DNA of 64,000 nucleotides from Saccostrea echinata (taxonomy: Eukaryota), in assembly GCF_033153115.1 (NCBI RefSeq), contig NW_026889803.1, positions 7,006,001-7,070,000 on the forward strand. Direction: 5' to 3'. Below the pieces are notes generated by a model. It was not told the origin of the DNA, searched no databases, and saw only the letters and a list, made by a program, of their open reading frames with translations. Made by a program: the position numbers and the translations under genes. Shown piece by piece: positions 15,201 to 30,200 of this stretch (position 1 is the stretch's first letter; every line of letters begins with the position of its first letter).

Positions 15201-18200
15201 GGAACTGCCCTTAGAGAATTTACCACATAGTTCCTTAGCTCTATAAGACTTAGTCCAAAGTTATGAAGGGCATAGTTTAATATCTCATTTTATTCCTTTT
15301 GGAAGAGGTATTGGATGCCTGAATATTTTATTGATTGAATTCTCACAATTTTAATTTGGTTCTAAAAAAAGATACACTTGTTGTCTTTATGGTAATTGTG
15401 TTATCAATTATTTGCAGCTGCAGCTGCTTTGAATACTATTAATATTTTGAATTTTATTACATGAAGTGAACATGTTTCATTGCAGAATGACTTTAATTTT
15501 TCCATAGATAATTTCAAATGTAACAAGAACCAAAATGGTGTGCCTTGCATTTTTATTGAGCATTTGGGATTAATCATAACATACATCAGTAATATGAGTC
15601 TGTTATGAGTCTATATGGTATCCACTTTCCCTTTGCTTTTTTACCCTTTTTATCCTCCCCATCTCAAATCCAGTGTGATTTGTCTCCCTTGTAATTTTAG
15701 TTTGCCAGCAAATTATGAAATTGAGCACAGCAGGAGGAATATATTTATAGATAAAAGACATTAACTAATATTTTGGGCAGATCTTATTTCAGTAATTACA
15801 GATAATACAAGAAATCTGGGACAGAAATTAAGCTTTCATTCATTTTTTCCCCCAATTTGAGGAAAAGTGACATTTTCATTCATAACTGATGTCCTTCTGG
15901 AAAGTTTTTTTACGCACTTATTTAAAAAAATACATTGATTACAAAAAGCTTGAAAAGGGCATATTAAACATTTGTTCAAGCATCAATTATTTAATAAATA
16001 AAATTATTTCATTATTTGATGGTTGAAGAGATAATTTGGGAATATTATGTTTTCAGTTGCCATACTTCCATCTGCGGTTTTAACTATTAAACTAATTTTA
16101 GATACTGACCCAAAAATGGCAGATATTAGTTTAGAAATATCTAACAAAAAATGCCAGAATTTATTATGAACTTTGTTCTATCTTGACATTTTTGTTTGGT
16201 ACATATATGTCTGTTTGCTTGTTGGACAAGTTTCTGGTGAGCTGCTGCCATATGCCAGCTTATGGTTAGCAAGTTTAAATTCTTTCAAATGCAAACAAGA
16301 AAACATTGATGTAACCATCAATTGTCGCCTGGGAAATAAATAAAGTAAACAATGGAAATGAGTCTTTATCATCAAACCGCTTCGATATGTGTGAAAAAGG
16401 CATGCGTCTAAATGATGGAGACGATAGTCGAGAATATTTTGAAAACTTATAGTTGGATGAAAATCGAACAAAAACGATACCCTTTTAAACTTTATCAATT
16501 CCTCAAGTAAATGTTGGCTGCAAAAAATATAATTTGAAACCAGGCACATGCATCACCTATTTTCAAAAATATCTTTCACTTTAAGAATATAAAACACGAA
16601 CTGTGTAAAGTACATTTTTACGTTTTTATGCGATAAGTAAAATTCGATGTTCTAAAAAAAGGGACCTGTCATTTTTTCGATAGTAAATGATAAGCAACTT
16701 TATATATTAAATATGAAAAACATATATATTTTTACAGATTCACTTTATGGAAGTAAATATATTGTGTATCTCTTAATTTATAAAGGGAAAGAACATTCTG
16801 ATTAACAATCTTTTTAATGTTTAGAAAACCTTTAATTCTGAATAACTTCTCCCACCTCAATCCCCATATACCAACACTTAAACTTATATGTATAGAGCAG
16901 CCCGGTCCTCCGGGCTGCAATAATATTGGAAACCTGTGAGGTACAGCTATCTTATTCAAAAAAATGTTGCTTTTTATTACTCTCTTGAATGATGGATCTT
17001 TTTTTTGGTAACATTACTTGCAACAGTGCAAGTCCTGTAGAATAATATTAGAATATAGAAAAAATTACTTCAGAAAGGACACAAAATTTTAAGTTAATAA
17101 ATGTTTTATTTTGATGAAAGTTTGAAAATTACTTAGTTGCCTTCTGTAGATTTTTGCTTTTAAATTTTTGGAGATATTAGTTTGATTGGTTGATTAAGAA
17201 TTCATGCTGATCAAGTGACCAATCCCTTTTATGATCGAGTTGTTAGATCCTTTGTGCATAGATGGTATTGGAGGGGATCAAAGAATTTGATATCAAAGCC
17301 ATTTTAGAATTGACTTAATTCGAATGTATAGTGAGAATTATTACTTGTATAGATTCAACATGGAAATACATTTATTACAAAAAAATTTTGACTATTAAGT
17401 CACTCAAGAGAATTAATGAATTTAATGACTTTTTTTGTCGAATTTAAAGAAAAAAAAAAAAGAAATTATGTAAAGTCTTAAATTTGTCTAATTTTTTTAC
17501 CAAAAAAAGTAGATATACATTAATCCATTCCTTATTTTCCAAAGAACCTTATATAACGTTTACGGTGAAAAATATTTAATCATACTTGACATTTATTTTG
17601 TGTGTCTTTTCTGTAATTTTGATAATGAGTATTTCGTGATGACCTTGATTACCAAAAAAACAGGAGATATTAAGTGTGCATTTTGTTCTTGTTTTGGGAG
17701 CTTGGGACACAGCTATCTACATAAATGTAACAACGTGATATTAATTGATTTAATTAAGTATTCAGATCATTGTAGGGGATTGGCCACGATTAACGAAGTC
17801 TTCAGCAGTGTGCGACATATTTATGCCTCAATGAACTTCAGTTTTCGGATGTCCATCTAGTGTAACATTCCATCCATTATTTATGTAAAAAATTATTTTC
17901 AGATGTTTTGTTTAGCAACTTCTGACCAAAACAATTACGTCAGTGTTAATTTATTATTTACAAGGTGATAATTTTGTAGGAACAAAAAATACCGGTTATG
18001 ATACATTGATGACTGTTAACTCGTGGTTTTTTTTTTCCTTTGAATTCCTACTTTAGACATTTTATATTAATTTCTTTTTAACATGTGCACCTGGGAAAGC
18101 AATCAAATCATGACAAATTAATTATGGATAACTAAACTTGTCTAGAGAGAAAGAATAACTCTATATATACATAATAATGAAGAGGCTATAAATTTAAGTT

Positions 18201-21200
18201 TGGGTAATATTTGATATATTAGACCATTTTATTGCCATTTAAGAATGACAAATAAAAGGAGTTTTCGGTTGAGATATATAAATGATATTCACATTAAAGG
18301 GGATATTTTACAGAATTTCTGTTCTTTGTGCATTTATTTATTGAATATACAGTTTATTGAATTACAGTTAAGCATACCTGTCAGTCACACACACAAATAC
18401 TGTGGAAATACCCTCTTTCCAAAATGGATTTTTTTTTTCAATAGAACAGAATTACCAATGTGGCTATAAAAAAAATGCTGTAATTTGTTAGAAAATATAT
18501 TTTATTGACATTTTCAGCTGCATTAAATATTTATGATAACATATAACTAGTACACTGATATTCCAGGTACTAGTAATAATTAGAACAGTTTTTGTTCCTC
18601 TTATTTAATGCTTTTAATCTCTGATGTATTCAAAACTACTAAAATTTAAACAAGTCTGTGAAAGCATCCCCATTGATATTAGCTTAGTCACCACCCCTTT
18701 AAACAACTCAGTATTATTGTGGACCTGATTGGGGGGGGGGGGGGTCTTCTAATGCCCAAAATTTATTACAGATTGAAATTTGTGGCTTGAAAACCAGAAT
18801 GCAGACACCTGAATAGTTAAATTGATAGAATTGCAATGAATTGGAAAAAAAAAAAAAAAAAACTTAAAAAATATGATTTTTCTTTTTAATGTTGAATTAT
18901 TTAGAATGAAAATATTATGAATTAAATTTTGCAAAAAAAGATTAATAAGTTATCACCAGAATTTCATTGGACATTTTGTTAAAAACAACAATGTTGTGTA
19001 ACTTTGACAGAATTGTGTTTTTTTTTAATGTAGATCGGTTGAATTAGTACATCTATAATTAAAGTCTTCATTACGTGTCATAATTTAAGAGAAAAAAATG
19101 ATCCTTCAGTTTTAATTGACAAAGAAATTTAATGAAGCAACAATTTAAAAAAAAAAAAAACAAAACAAAGAGACATTTATTTATCACTTTTGTAAGTTTG
19201 GTCTCTGTGTTGGTTGACCACAGTGCCCACCATCGGACTATGGCTGACTTGTTAACAGATGGTTGCCCACTCAAATCAGAGTTGTGATACGACTTTTTAC
19301 TGGCTGTCAAAAGTTTTGTCAAGGGAGAAACAAATCGTGATTTGTAACAAATTTGCTGTCAAAAATGGTGAATTTTTGGTCATTACCTATAGGCATGCTT
19401 GCTTTTCTTAAATGACTTAGTGTCTGGATTTTGATGAGAAATCTCTGGTACCATACCTTGCAGGCATTAGAGATATGAAAAATGACCATTTTATAAATTG
19501 TCAACCTTTAGAGGTGAAACCTACTGTTGCAAATTGTTTTTCTTTTTTTTTATCTTAGCCATTTTTAAAAGATAAATCTGTATTAGTTGAACTTTATTAT
19601 CCATGCAATTACATGTGCATATATACTGTATGAAAATTGTATAAATGTTGTTATTTGTTGGAAGAAAAAAAACTGTGATAGAAGCCACTGGCTGCTTGTG
19701 TTGTTGTTTTGTGGTTACTGTTGCTGTTGCATTACCCATTCTTATGTCTTAATTTCCACAGTCAGACAAAAGTGGCCTGAGATGTCTTTTGTTTATATGT
19801 AGATCTGTCCACCTTATACCCAGAACCCTATATGAAATATGTTATTTAATGGAGGAAGCAAAAAGAAAACAACCTGAAATTATTAATTAATGACCCTTCC
19901 ATTCTGTTTTATGCTGTGCATTTAGCAAGCATAGCTATTGGAACCTTGATTTTTAATTTTTTCATTGTTTAATTTGTGATTTTTCTGTGTTTCAGACTCG
20001 GTTGCCCCAGACAGGTATCACTGCATGCACTCAGCAGGGGTCCATACCATTGTGTTACCATGGATACAGGAATACCACAAGTATTTCACAGATGGTAAGC
20101 TCTTGAAACTTTGATTAATTAATTTCTTGAAATAATTTCTTGTTCTCTTTAAGGCTACTCAGAAAAATGGAAGACATAAACTGATGGGTGCATGAAAACA
20201 TTTTGATTGTCTTGTAGAAGTACAAAGACATTTTTCAGGCAGATCTTTGTTTTTTGTTTCAGACCAGACTGACAGAGTTCCAGAGCAGGAGGATTGTATT
20301 GTAGAGCACCTAATCTGCACTAAGCCCCTCCCCTCCAGGTAATGTAGCCAATGCTATGAATATGAGAACTTAGATATTTTCTCTCGATTCAGTCTTATTA
20401 CCAAGAAATCTCTTTTTTCAAGAATTTTGTTTATTTTTTTTTCTCCCTTGGAATGCTTCCATTTTGATATATCTTTATTGTTGAAAGGTTTTGCACAAAA
20501 AAGGAGCTAATGTATTGAACCAATCAGCCGCTTTTTAACCCTTTTAAAAGATTTTTTTTAAGTTCCTGACCTAGGAAAGATGAACTTTTGAAAGATACTA
20601 GGAAGAGATTGTAATTATACATTAAACCAATAGCTATAAATATTTTTTATTGGTCAATGTATCTGCAATTCTAATCACTTTTTAAAAATATGATTTGAAT
20701 TTGAATACTAGGAATGGCACTGTGTGATACTAGTCTCTGATTTTATATGACGCCTGTATTGGAGACATTGATAGATAAAGACAAAAACAATGCTATAATC
20801 TTTACCTTCTTCTTTGGGCATAAATCTTCCTAAAATTGTACAATGTCTAATCTACTTTAGGAAAATTTATGGCTGTTGAATGTAAATTTTGTTTATAAAT
20901 AGTACAAATGGTGAGGGGATAGATAATGAAACGCAATGCATGTTAGGTATTGCGTTTCTGGATGTTAATTAATTGACTCTGTACCTATCCTGCTCTTGTT
21001 AAATCAAACCATGGAAGATTAACGTTAAAAATTGATGTAATTTTTGTGTGTCTGCTTTAGGACATAAGGTCTATTTGACCCTAGATTAAACTAGAAACAA
21101 CATCATACATATAACCAAACATTGTGCACAAAATTTTACTAATTTACATAAACACTCTCGTTAACATATTTTCCAAAGGTAGTGTCACATTTTATTGTAA

Positions 21201-24200
21201 CATTAATTGTAGGTCTTTGCACTATAGCTCTTGTAGTTGTAATTAGTTACGGGTTGTGTCATTGAGACACAAGACATAAACTAGAATAACCAATTCTTTA
21301 GAATACCAAACATAATTACACATTTTTTTTTCTAAATTTTAATTTTTTATTTTTCTTTCTTCTTCCACAGTCCTGTTGCCCCTGTCCTGGGGCTTGGTTT
21401 AGTTAAGGGATTGTCAGTGGAGCCCTACCTCCTGACCTTGACCTCTGATTATGAACTGGTCTCCCTACCCCTTTGGTATGTACATTTGCCGACACCAGTA
21501 AATCATGTCGAGTGTTTCAGATTAACATGTTCTGACAATTAACATACATTGAGAAAAATTGATATGCCAAAATGTGGTGAAATGCTGTTGAAGTTAATTT
21601 CTTATATATTATCACATATTAGCATATTATGTCAAATAAACTGGTTTTTAAATTATTTTGTTATATAGCTGCATTTCAAGAGGATTTTCAGTTTTTATAC
21701 TGTTTTAGGAGGATTGATATTGGAAAATGCAAAACATATTTTGATTTGAATTTATATGTAAATGATATGATGAACCACATGCATGTAAAAACAAATTCTG
21801 TTTGAAGAATTCGATCAAGACACACTTCATTCTCAAGTTTTGTTTTTTGTTTTTTTTTTTTTTTACCTAATACATGTACATGTATCTTTCTGCTCAAAGT
21901 TTGTGTATTTGTTTATCTATTTATCTTATGTAGATTTTTTCACCTTTTGACCTTTCCAGAAAAAATATATTTATCTTGTCTCTAAAATTAATCCAAAAGT
22001 TTCTTTCGAGGTGCTGAAAAAACTGTCACAATTAGTTCTTTGGACATCAAAGATGGCTGCCTTGACTTCTCATTGGCTGTTACATTGACCTATCCAGAAT
22101 GTCAAATTGGCCATGTCTTCAAATGATTCTTCTTTCTTGTCCTATAAGAGGTGTTAATTTTGAGCAGAAAAGAAGTAATTCTGTGACCTAGACTGGCAGT
22201 GCAGCCCACAGATATATATTTTTTTCTTTTTTAAATTGGATTTTCTTTTTGTAGTTCTTGAAACAATACAGTTAAAATGTGAAAGATCTGTAATTTTTAT
22301 CATTTTTTTTNNNNNNNNNNNNNNNNNNNNNNNNNNNNNNNNNNNNNNNNNNNNNNNNNNNNNNNNNNNNNNNNNNNNNNNNNNNNNNNNNNNNNNNNNN
22401 NNNNNNNNNNNNNNNNNNNNNNNNNNNNNNNNNNNNNNNNNNNNNNNNNTTAAATCTTTAAAAAAAAAATAAAAATAAATAAATAAAGTATAAGAAAAAA
22501 AACCTGAGCACCAGCAAGACAGTGAGAACATTCTTTACAGAAAAAGATTATGGTGTCACAATAGGGACAAAACACAATCATTTTAGCAAAATCTGTGGTC
22601 ATCCAGCATTCGCCCATTCATTTCACCTTTGAATATTAAAAAAGTCTTTTTGATATTTAATATTCATGAAATCTCTGTTTACCAACTTGCCCCTGTGATG
22701 TATTATTTAAAATATGTGTGAAAATTAATGAAATGTTTACATAAATGATCATATTTCCAATTTATTTCATATAATTGTCAAAGATATTTAAAATTATGGA
22801 TCTTTCAAATTTCATGAAAGAAAGGAATGGTGAAATAGATGCATATGAATTTTGAGAGACTTTCATGAATTCTTTATTGTAGTCCTAGTCGATACCGGGA
22901 CAGCGGTGAAACTCTCCACTCTTCAGAGAACCCTGAAGCCATCGAATCTCCACTGAGACGCTTGAGTCGGGAACCATTTGACATCTACATCAAGAAAATA
23001 CTGCAACGCAATGTCACCAACCCAAAGATTAAGTAAAGAGCTCACTAATTGCCTAGAAACCTCAGTTGTTTAATAGAATTTCAGATTCAACTTGATTAAA
23101 TGTCACTGCATAAGTATGAAGCATGTCAGCTTTCAAATCATAATTTTTTGGTATTGGTTGCCAAATTATCATACCAGATCATTTTCAAGGACAAAACTAA
23201 GCGACTCCTTGCTGACACATTCCTATGTTAAATACTTCTCCTTCTCCTCCCACCAGCAGAAATGTCGTGATATTACACGATTGTGTGTTTGGAAATAGCC
23301 AGAAGCTTCGCTGTATAAATAACAGATATAAAAAGTATACTCACAATACTTGGTTTTGTTACTTACCAATATAAAAATACATTTTTAATTAATATGGAGC
23401 TCAAAATACAGATTATGACAGGTTTGATTACAATTTCCTTTTTAAAAATTTTATTGTCACTGACAGAATCTTATGTAATTTAAATCATATTTTGCACTAA
23501 ATAAAAAAATGTCATGTAAGTTGTTGCATAAGGAGAAAAAAATCCAAGAAATGATTTTTTTTAGATTTGACAAGAAAACAGAAATTTCCCAGCAGGAATG
23601 TTTCCAACTGTTGACACGTACCACTCAAGTTTTCCGTGAAGAATACCTACTGAAGCAAGAGCAAGCCCAACAGGAAATACAGAAAAGGTAAGAACATAGC
23701 CAGGGTTAGGCTCAAAACTCAATTTTACTGTCACACACTATCATGAAAACTGTAGTATCCTTGCCAGGAATATGTCAAACTATGCACCAGATAAGGTTAG
23801 AAAAGCCACATACACTGATAATAGATCCACACCCATTGGTATTTGTACATCTGCATTGTGAAAGGTAACAAATTTATCTGTTTTCAATCCCAAATCTTAG
23901 ATCCTTTATTTTTTTTTTGTGATCTGCAAAGGAGGGTAAAATTTTGTGGTTGCTTGTGACAAATTTTTCTAAAGGTCAGGGCTTTCAAAATGATTAGGAA
24001 CAGGCGGTACTTTTACAAAAATAGGAGGTACCTTGTGGAAGTAATTTTATTAAAATATGTTATCAAATTTTTCTCTATAAAATATGATTGATGATTCATG
24101 ATTTCAGCAGGGTAAAAGTAATGGGTACCAGTAGATTTCAAAAGGCCTGAAAGGTGCATATATGGGAGTTATTCTAACCCTTTTGATGTGTTTAGAGTGA

Positions 24201-27200
24201 TTGATATATCTGAAAGAGTATGAAAGAAATCAAACCACTTTGTCTAGTTGTAGTATGTTAATAATTTCATATTTATAGTTACAGTTATTATTATGAAGTC
24301 AACATGATCATGTAGCTACCAGAAAAACAAATCAAAACACTATAACAGATCTGAAAGTGCAGGGTGAATGATTTTGAGGGATACTCCGGTAGCTAAACAA
24401 AAGTTTTGATCATTTAAAAGTCATTGAATGCTGTGATTGACCTGTTATGAATATCAATTTTCTTACTGTACTTTACACATTATAAAATCAAGACCAGGGA
24501 AAATATGCTCATAATCCAGTCTTCATTGAGTTGATATGTCTTGACCTTTGACCTTAATATCATTAATATCATACATGTTCTCTATCTCTGTTAATATTGG
24601 TTTAACTTGTAAAGTTATTTAATTTTTTGTGTAGGTAGTATATGTATTAAGAATTTCTTTAAGAGTTGACCTTGATCTCTGACCTTGAATTGGTGAAGGA
24701 CATACATTTTTATACATCTTTGAAATTTAAGTAACAATATATACAAAACTCTTTCATCTAATACTAGGGATGAATGATTTTAATGGTATACCGGTGTATC
24801 ATGATTTTTTATTGAGCAACATGTATCCTGGCACAGAGACTAATTAAAGTATCAGTATTCAGTATGTAGTTATAGATTCTGGAAATAATTATAAATGCTT
24901 CATTAATATATTAATAAAAATGAAAAAATGAAGCTATATATTGTACATGTATGTTTTCTCACTATTTCTGTACTAAAAATCATGTAAATTCATTTAAAAT
25001 CATAGTAAAATTTGTGTGTAAAAATATCGTGATATTATCGTGATATTTTTGGAAAAAATCATGATACAGATGTATATCGCAATACAAAATTTTTGATAAT
25101 ACCCGTCCCTATCTAATACACACATGTTGTCAATTGTATGAGTTGGAGTGTCTTTCATTGAAAGTTTTTGAGCATGTTATGAAATTTTTATCAGCTGTTC
25201 AATACTCAAGGTATATGTAGTACATGTACCGTCATACATGTACATGTATCTTGTTATCTCAATCTCGACAGGACCAAGATTTAACTTTGAGATATCCAAA
25301 AACTTGAGATACTGGGGGTAAAAAACATGAAGAAAAACATGCAAGGACTGCCAACTCACTTTGACCTACCCCTGGTGTTTGATATATTGGTGTTCCAGAT
25401 AACGAAATTCAATTGTAGTTTATTTCTGCCGGGTTACAAAGAAACTGCCCTGCAAGTTAGTTATTTTTTCCAAATCATGTTTAAAATGTTACAGTATAAA
25501 TCAAATTTCTGTTACTGCTATTAATAAGCACATGTAAGTGACATATTTTTCTTGGAAAACTTCAGTTTGAAATACCACTTAAGGAAATCTTAGGCTGTAA
25601 AATGGAATCTTTTTATAGTCCTGTCCTTTAAAAGTTTTGACAGAATTTGAACAAGATTATACTTAATGCATTGGCTTATGTGTATCAAGAGAGACAAATG
25701 TGATTTAACCAAGTAAATTTTTAATATGAACTGTGTCAATTCAAACTGTATTCATGTGGATACATACAGACATGGATATAAAAAGGCTTTCTACTAATTA
25801 TGTCCAATTAAGGAGAAATTTCTTTTTATTCTAATTATATAAACTGAGAATTTGTTTTTAGATATTGTGGTATTTATAGCAAGTCTTGTCAACAAAATAA
25901 GGCAGCGTTCCCAATGTAAGACAAAGCCAAGTGTAGTGTGAATGTCTCACTTCATAGTGGCTCGTAAACAATGTGTCAGTGCAGCATGGTAACGATTAAT
26001 GGCAGACTTAATTAATTTGGTGCAGTTTACCTGTGAAAACAAAGTAATTCTTTTTGGGAACTAAGTCTTATGACCTTGCTTTCTTTGGTCTTTTTTTTTC
26101 TTTATTCATGGATTTTGACAAAAGGTTTATTCATAATGAAAATAAATTTTTCATAATAAATGCATAAAACAAAATACACATGTCTCCTTTAGAAGAGACT
26201 TGTCTGTAAATATTTGATTTTTTGCCTGTGGGGACTATTGCAAACTGTGTTTGACCCTGATGAATTGACCGTTCAGCATCCGAATGTTAATCAATTGCAA
26301 TAAGTAATGTATGCATGAGGTAGACAGGTAACATTACCGTGATTTCGAGCTGTCATAAAAATAAGACGCAAACCACATTTTGACAGGAAGAACAGGTGAA
26401 TTACGAGATGGCTTCCACAAATTTATATTTTCAACCTGGTACAGTATTTTTATTGGAAAATAATGTTTAACTGACTTTTGGGGGTCTGTCTTTCAGTCAG
26501 TAAACTTTACTTCACTGCAACAGGCTTTGATAGGTTCAATTAAGTTTAATAGATACGAATATTAATACAATGTACTTTAAAATGTATTTCTTCAAAAAAA
26601 TTAAATATTGTTTTTTAATTTCATCTATTTTGAATAAGTGCATGGATATCACCTGCATAACCTTACATAAGTACAGGTTGCTTACATTATACACACTGCT
26701 TTTAAATAAATTGTAAACCATTGTTTACATTTAGTCATACATGTAAAAAGTGTTGAAATCTGGTTTACAATTTTTAAAAAGTTGAAATTGAACCATTTCC
26801 AGAGTTTACTTAGTAATGTATTCTGAGGGGTGGTAAATGGAACTTATTACAAGAACTAGGTGAGGGAAGAGATACATTGGCACCTATTGTTCCAGGAGAA
26901 TAAATTTCCTTTTTTAGCTCACCTTGACAAAGTCGAGATGACCTTACCCTAAACCTCCAGTGTCAGCTTTGGTGTTCTTGTGAAATTTTTTGGAGGAAGT
27001 GTCATTTCCAAGTAACTATAAGTCCTACCTGGACCAAACTTGCAGGGATCTTGCATCATGAATATTTCCGGGATGAGTGAACAGGTTAAAGTTCTTTTAG
27101 AGCAAGTTCATTCCCAAGTTACTGTAAGCCCTGTCTGGATGAAATGTGTATGGATGATGCATCTCCGGATGCACACTACCACACTTGCTTAGAAAGCTGG

Positions 27201-30200
27201 ATCTGACCTACATTTTCTGGATGAGTGATCAGATAAGGCTTTTGGAGCAGTTTCATTCTTAAGTCACAGTAAACCCTATCTGGACCAAACTTGCATAGAT
27301 GATATATCTAAGGACACACATTACCAGGCTTGCTTTGAATGCTGGATCTGACCAATATTTTCTGGATGAGTGACCAGATCAAGCTCTTGGAACAGTTTCA
27401 CATAAGAAAATAAGTCCTACCTGGACCAAACTTGCATGGATGATACATATAGGGATGCACACTACCAGACTTGCTTCAGATGCTGAATCTGACCTACATT
27501 TATTGAAGCAGGTTCACATATAAGTAACTATAAACCCTAGAGTAAGCAAACTTGTATCTAGGGATGCACATTTTAGACTTGCTTTGGATGCTGGATCTGA
27601 TCTACATTTTCCAGGTGAATGGAACAGGTTAAATTTTCAGAGCTGGTCCATTCCTAGGTAACTATAATACATATGGTGACTGAACTTGCATCAATGATGC
27701 ATGTTACTAGGTATACACACAGCAGGTTTAGAAGATGGATCTGACTTGCATTTATAGGGTGATTGAACAGAATTTTTTTTTTGGAGCAAATCCATTATCA
27801 AGTGTCTTTAGATCAAACCTGGACCACTATTGTAGAGATGTTTTAGCTAGGGATGCACACTAAAAGAACATTTGTTTGATCTAAAACCTTTCGATACATA
27901 TAACATTCATTGAGGTGAGCTTTGTAATCTTTAGTTACCTTTGTTAGATCTTTATATAACATACTTTGATTACCTATGTTAAGTCTATATATAACATACA
28001 AGATTGAATCTTACAAAATATGTGGATTGAGAAGCTACACTGTACACTGATGTTAACATCCAGATTAATTTGGCGGCACTGTATATTTAAATTGAGATAT
28101 CAAATTGGATTTCAATAAATTATAATTAAGAATTACACTTCATAAAAAAATATACTACATGATCAAAGACTTTGCTGTTACCAGCTGATTCTTTGTTTCT
28201 ATAGTGATGACACAACATGGCTATACTGAGTCTACAAAAGTCACTATAATGTATTAACTGTCATAATAAATAAGTCAATAATTAATTACTCATTCAAAAT
28301 GATGTCAATATTAAGAAGAAATATGAAAAATCGCAGCACTGTTTCGGGTCCTCCAAATTTAGAATTGAGTTGCTGATGGGTGTTGCCTAATGCACTCGCA
28401 CAAGCATTCGTAACATGGAATGCATGATGGCACAAGCACCACACGTCCAATCGCATTGGCGCACATTTGATTGTCAAATCACCTGATCACTCGCTCGATC
28501 CTATCACATTATCTTACAACACTCTCTTTCATTGTACCACAGTTGCATATAGACGCAAAGTATATTGCAAGATTTAATGCGTTTGCATCGCACAATGGTC
28601 GCTTTAGATCATGCAAATTTTGTACCAATACTTTTTTAAATGCGATTATTTCGGCAACAGTTTACGATCCAAATCAAAATTTTTCGGTCACACAAATATT
28701 TTGTTGCTTCTGCTCGTGTGCCAATTGTGAAAGGGCCTTTACATATCATTATTTGTTCTGCCTCCCCCAAACTGTGGCTTTAAGCTGCTAAACTTTACTT
28801 ATCAGTAGTTGTTTTACTGTTTCTGATTCTTCATATATGGGTTAATTATGAATCCATCTACCTTGTACACCCATACATTGTATAAAACCATGTACCTAAA
28901 TGTGTTTTTAACATGCATTGTTTTAGACTCTCACAAGTAATTTTTTTTCACCAGTAGTTTTAACATTTAAGTACTGGTATCTTAAGTCTGCTGGATGATA
29001 TATGGTATATTTCATCTGTAATGTATATTTTATCTTTGATGTCTTGGGGATATTTTTCAGAGTAAGGATTCTGAGAAATCTGAGGACACAACAGGAAGAA
29101 GACCTTGAGAACTTACAGGAGTCTCGGAACAAAGTCAGAGACATGGCCGAAAATCTGGCCACAAAGTACAGTGACTGTCAAGATAAGCAGGAGGAAATCC
29201 TCCAAAGGTAAACAGTCTCTGATTAGACTATAGCTCTACTGGAGGTCATAATCCAAAAGTAAGTAGTCTCTGATTAGTCTATAGCTCTACTAGAGGAGGT
29301 ATCCAAAGGTAAGCAGTCTCTGTTTAGACTGTAGCTCTACTGGAGGTCATGATCCAAAAGTAAGTAGTCTCTGATTAGGTTGTTGTTCTTTGAGAGGTAA
29401 GCAGTCTCTGATAAGACTGTAGCTCTAGAAAAAAGATCAGTTTCTTAATATTTGACAAAATTCTTGTTAGCGAGATGGATTGATTTAAATTTCTGACAGG
29501 ATTGAAGACATGATGAGACGGTTACAGGAGAGGATGCCATCAATGTCTGAGGCCGAGCGAGGAATGAAGAGAGAATTAGAGACAATGGAAGAACAACTAG
29601 AGGTTTATAAGAGATCTCTGGAACAGGTACAATACAACTCAGACTCTGCTGGGAGGGAGGGGGGGTTAAAAGGATTTCTCTGAGCAGCTGCTCATTTAAT
29701 TTCAAATAGTTTATTTTATAAGTATAAACATCTGAAGATATCAATTATTTTTTTTTTGTAGCTGAAAATAAAACAGGACTACCAGAGAAGGCAGATAGCC
29801 CAGACACCTAACAGACTGCTTTCAAGTCCCATACTGAAACCTGGTCAACTCAAACAGATAAAGGATGTGTTGAAACAAGAGTAAGTCTCATTTTTCAAAG
29901 AGAGCTGATAAAAATAGCAACAAAACTCATTTTTGGAAAGCTGGTGGTTGAGGGGTAAGGGGGAGGGGTTCACAAAAAATTTTAATATTTCTTAAATATT
30001 GAGTTGGCCATGACTTAAAATGCATTTATTCAGGATAATTATTACTCCCTGTATTGTTATAATTGTTGATTATTTTTTATCATTTATTTTCATAAAATAC
30101 ATTGACAAAAATCCATTTTCACTGGTACCTTTAAACTTGATATGTTTATTGTTTCTTTAATATATTTTCAGGGGAGATGACTTGGGTGAAATGCTCCAAA

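Noticed and set aside
8008-19995. Nested protein-coding gene, snoRNA or known miRNA in the large Nup88 intron
   Set aside because: The short ORFs have no recognisable motifs or exon structure. No conserved miRNA or complete C/D or H/ACA structure was recognised by eye; a covariance-model search would be needed to exclude them.
22154-22531. ORFs spanning N runs (also 57730-58162)
   Set aside because: They are open only because of the assembly gaps.
28340-28738. CpG-rich patch with 63-aa and 106-aa ORFs
   Set aside because: No protein motif; it ends in gtgaaagggcc like a DNA-transposon terminus, but the matching other end was not found.
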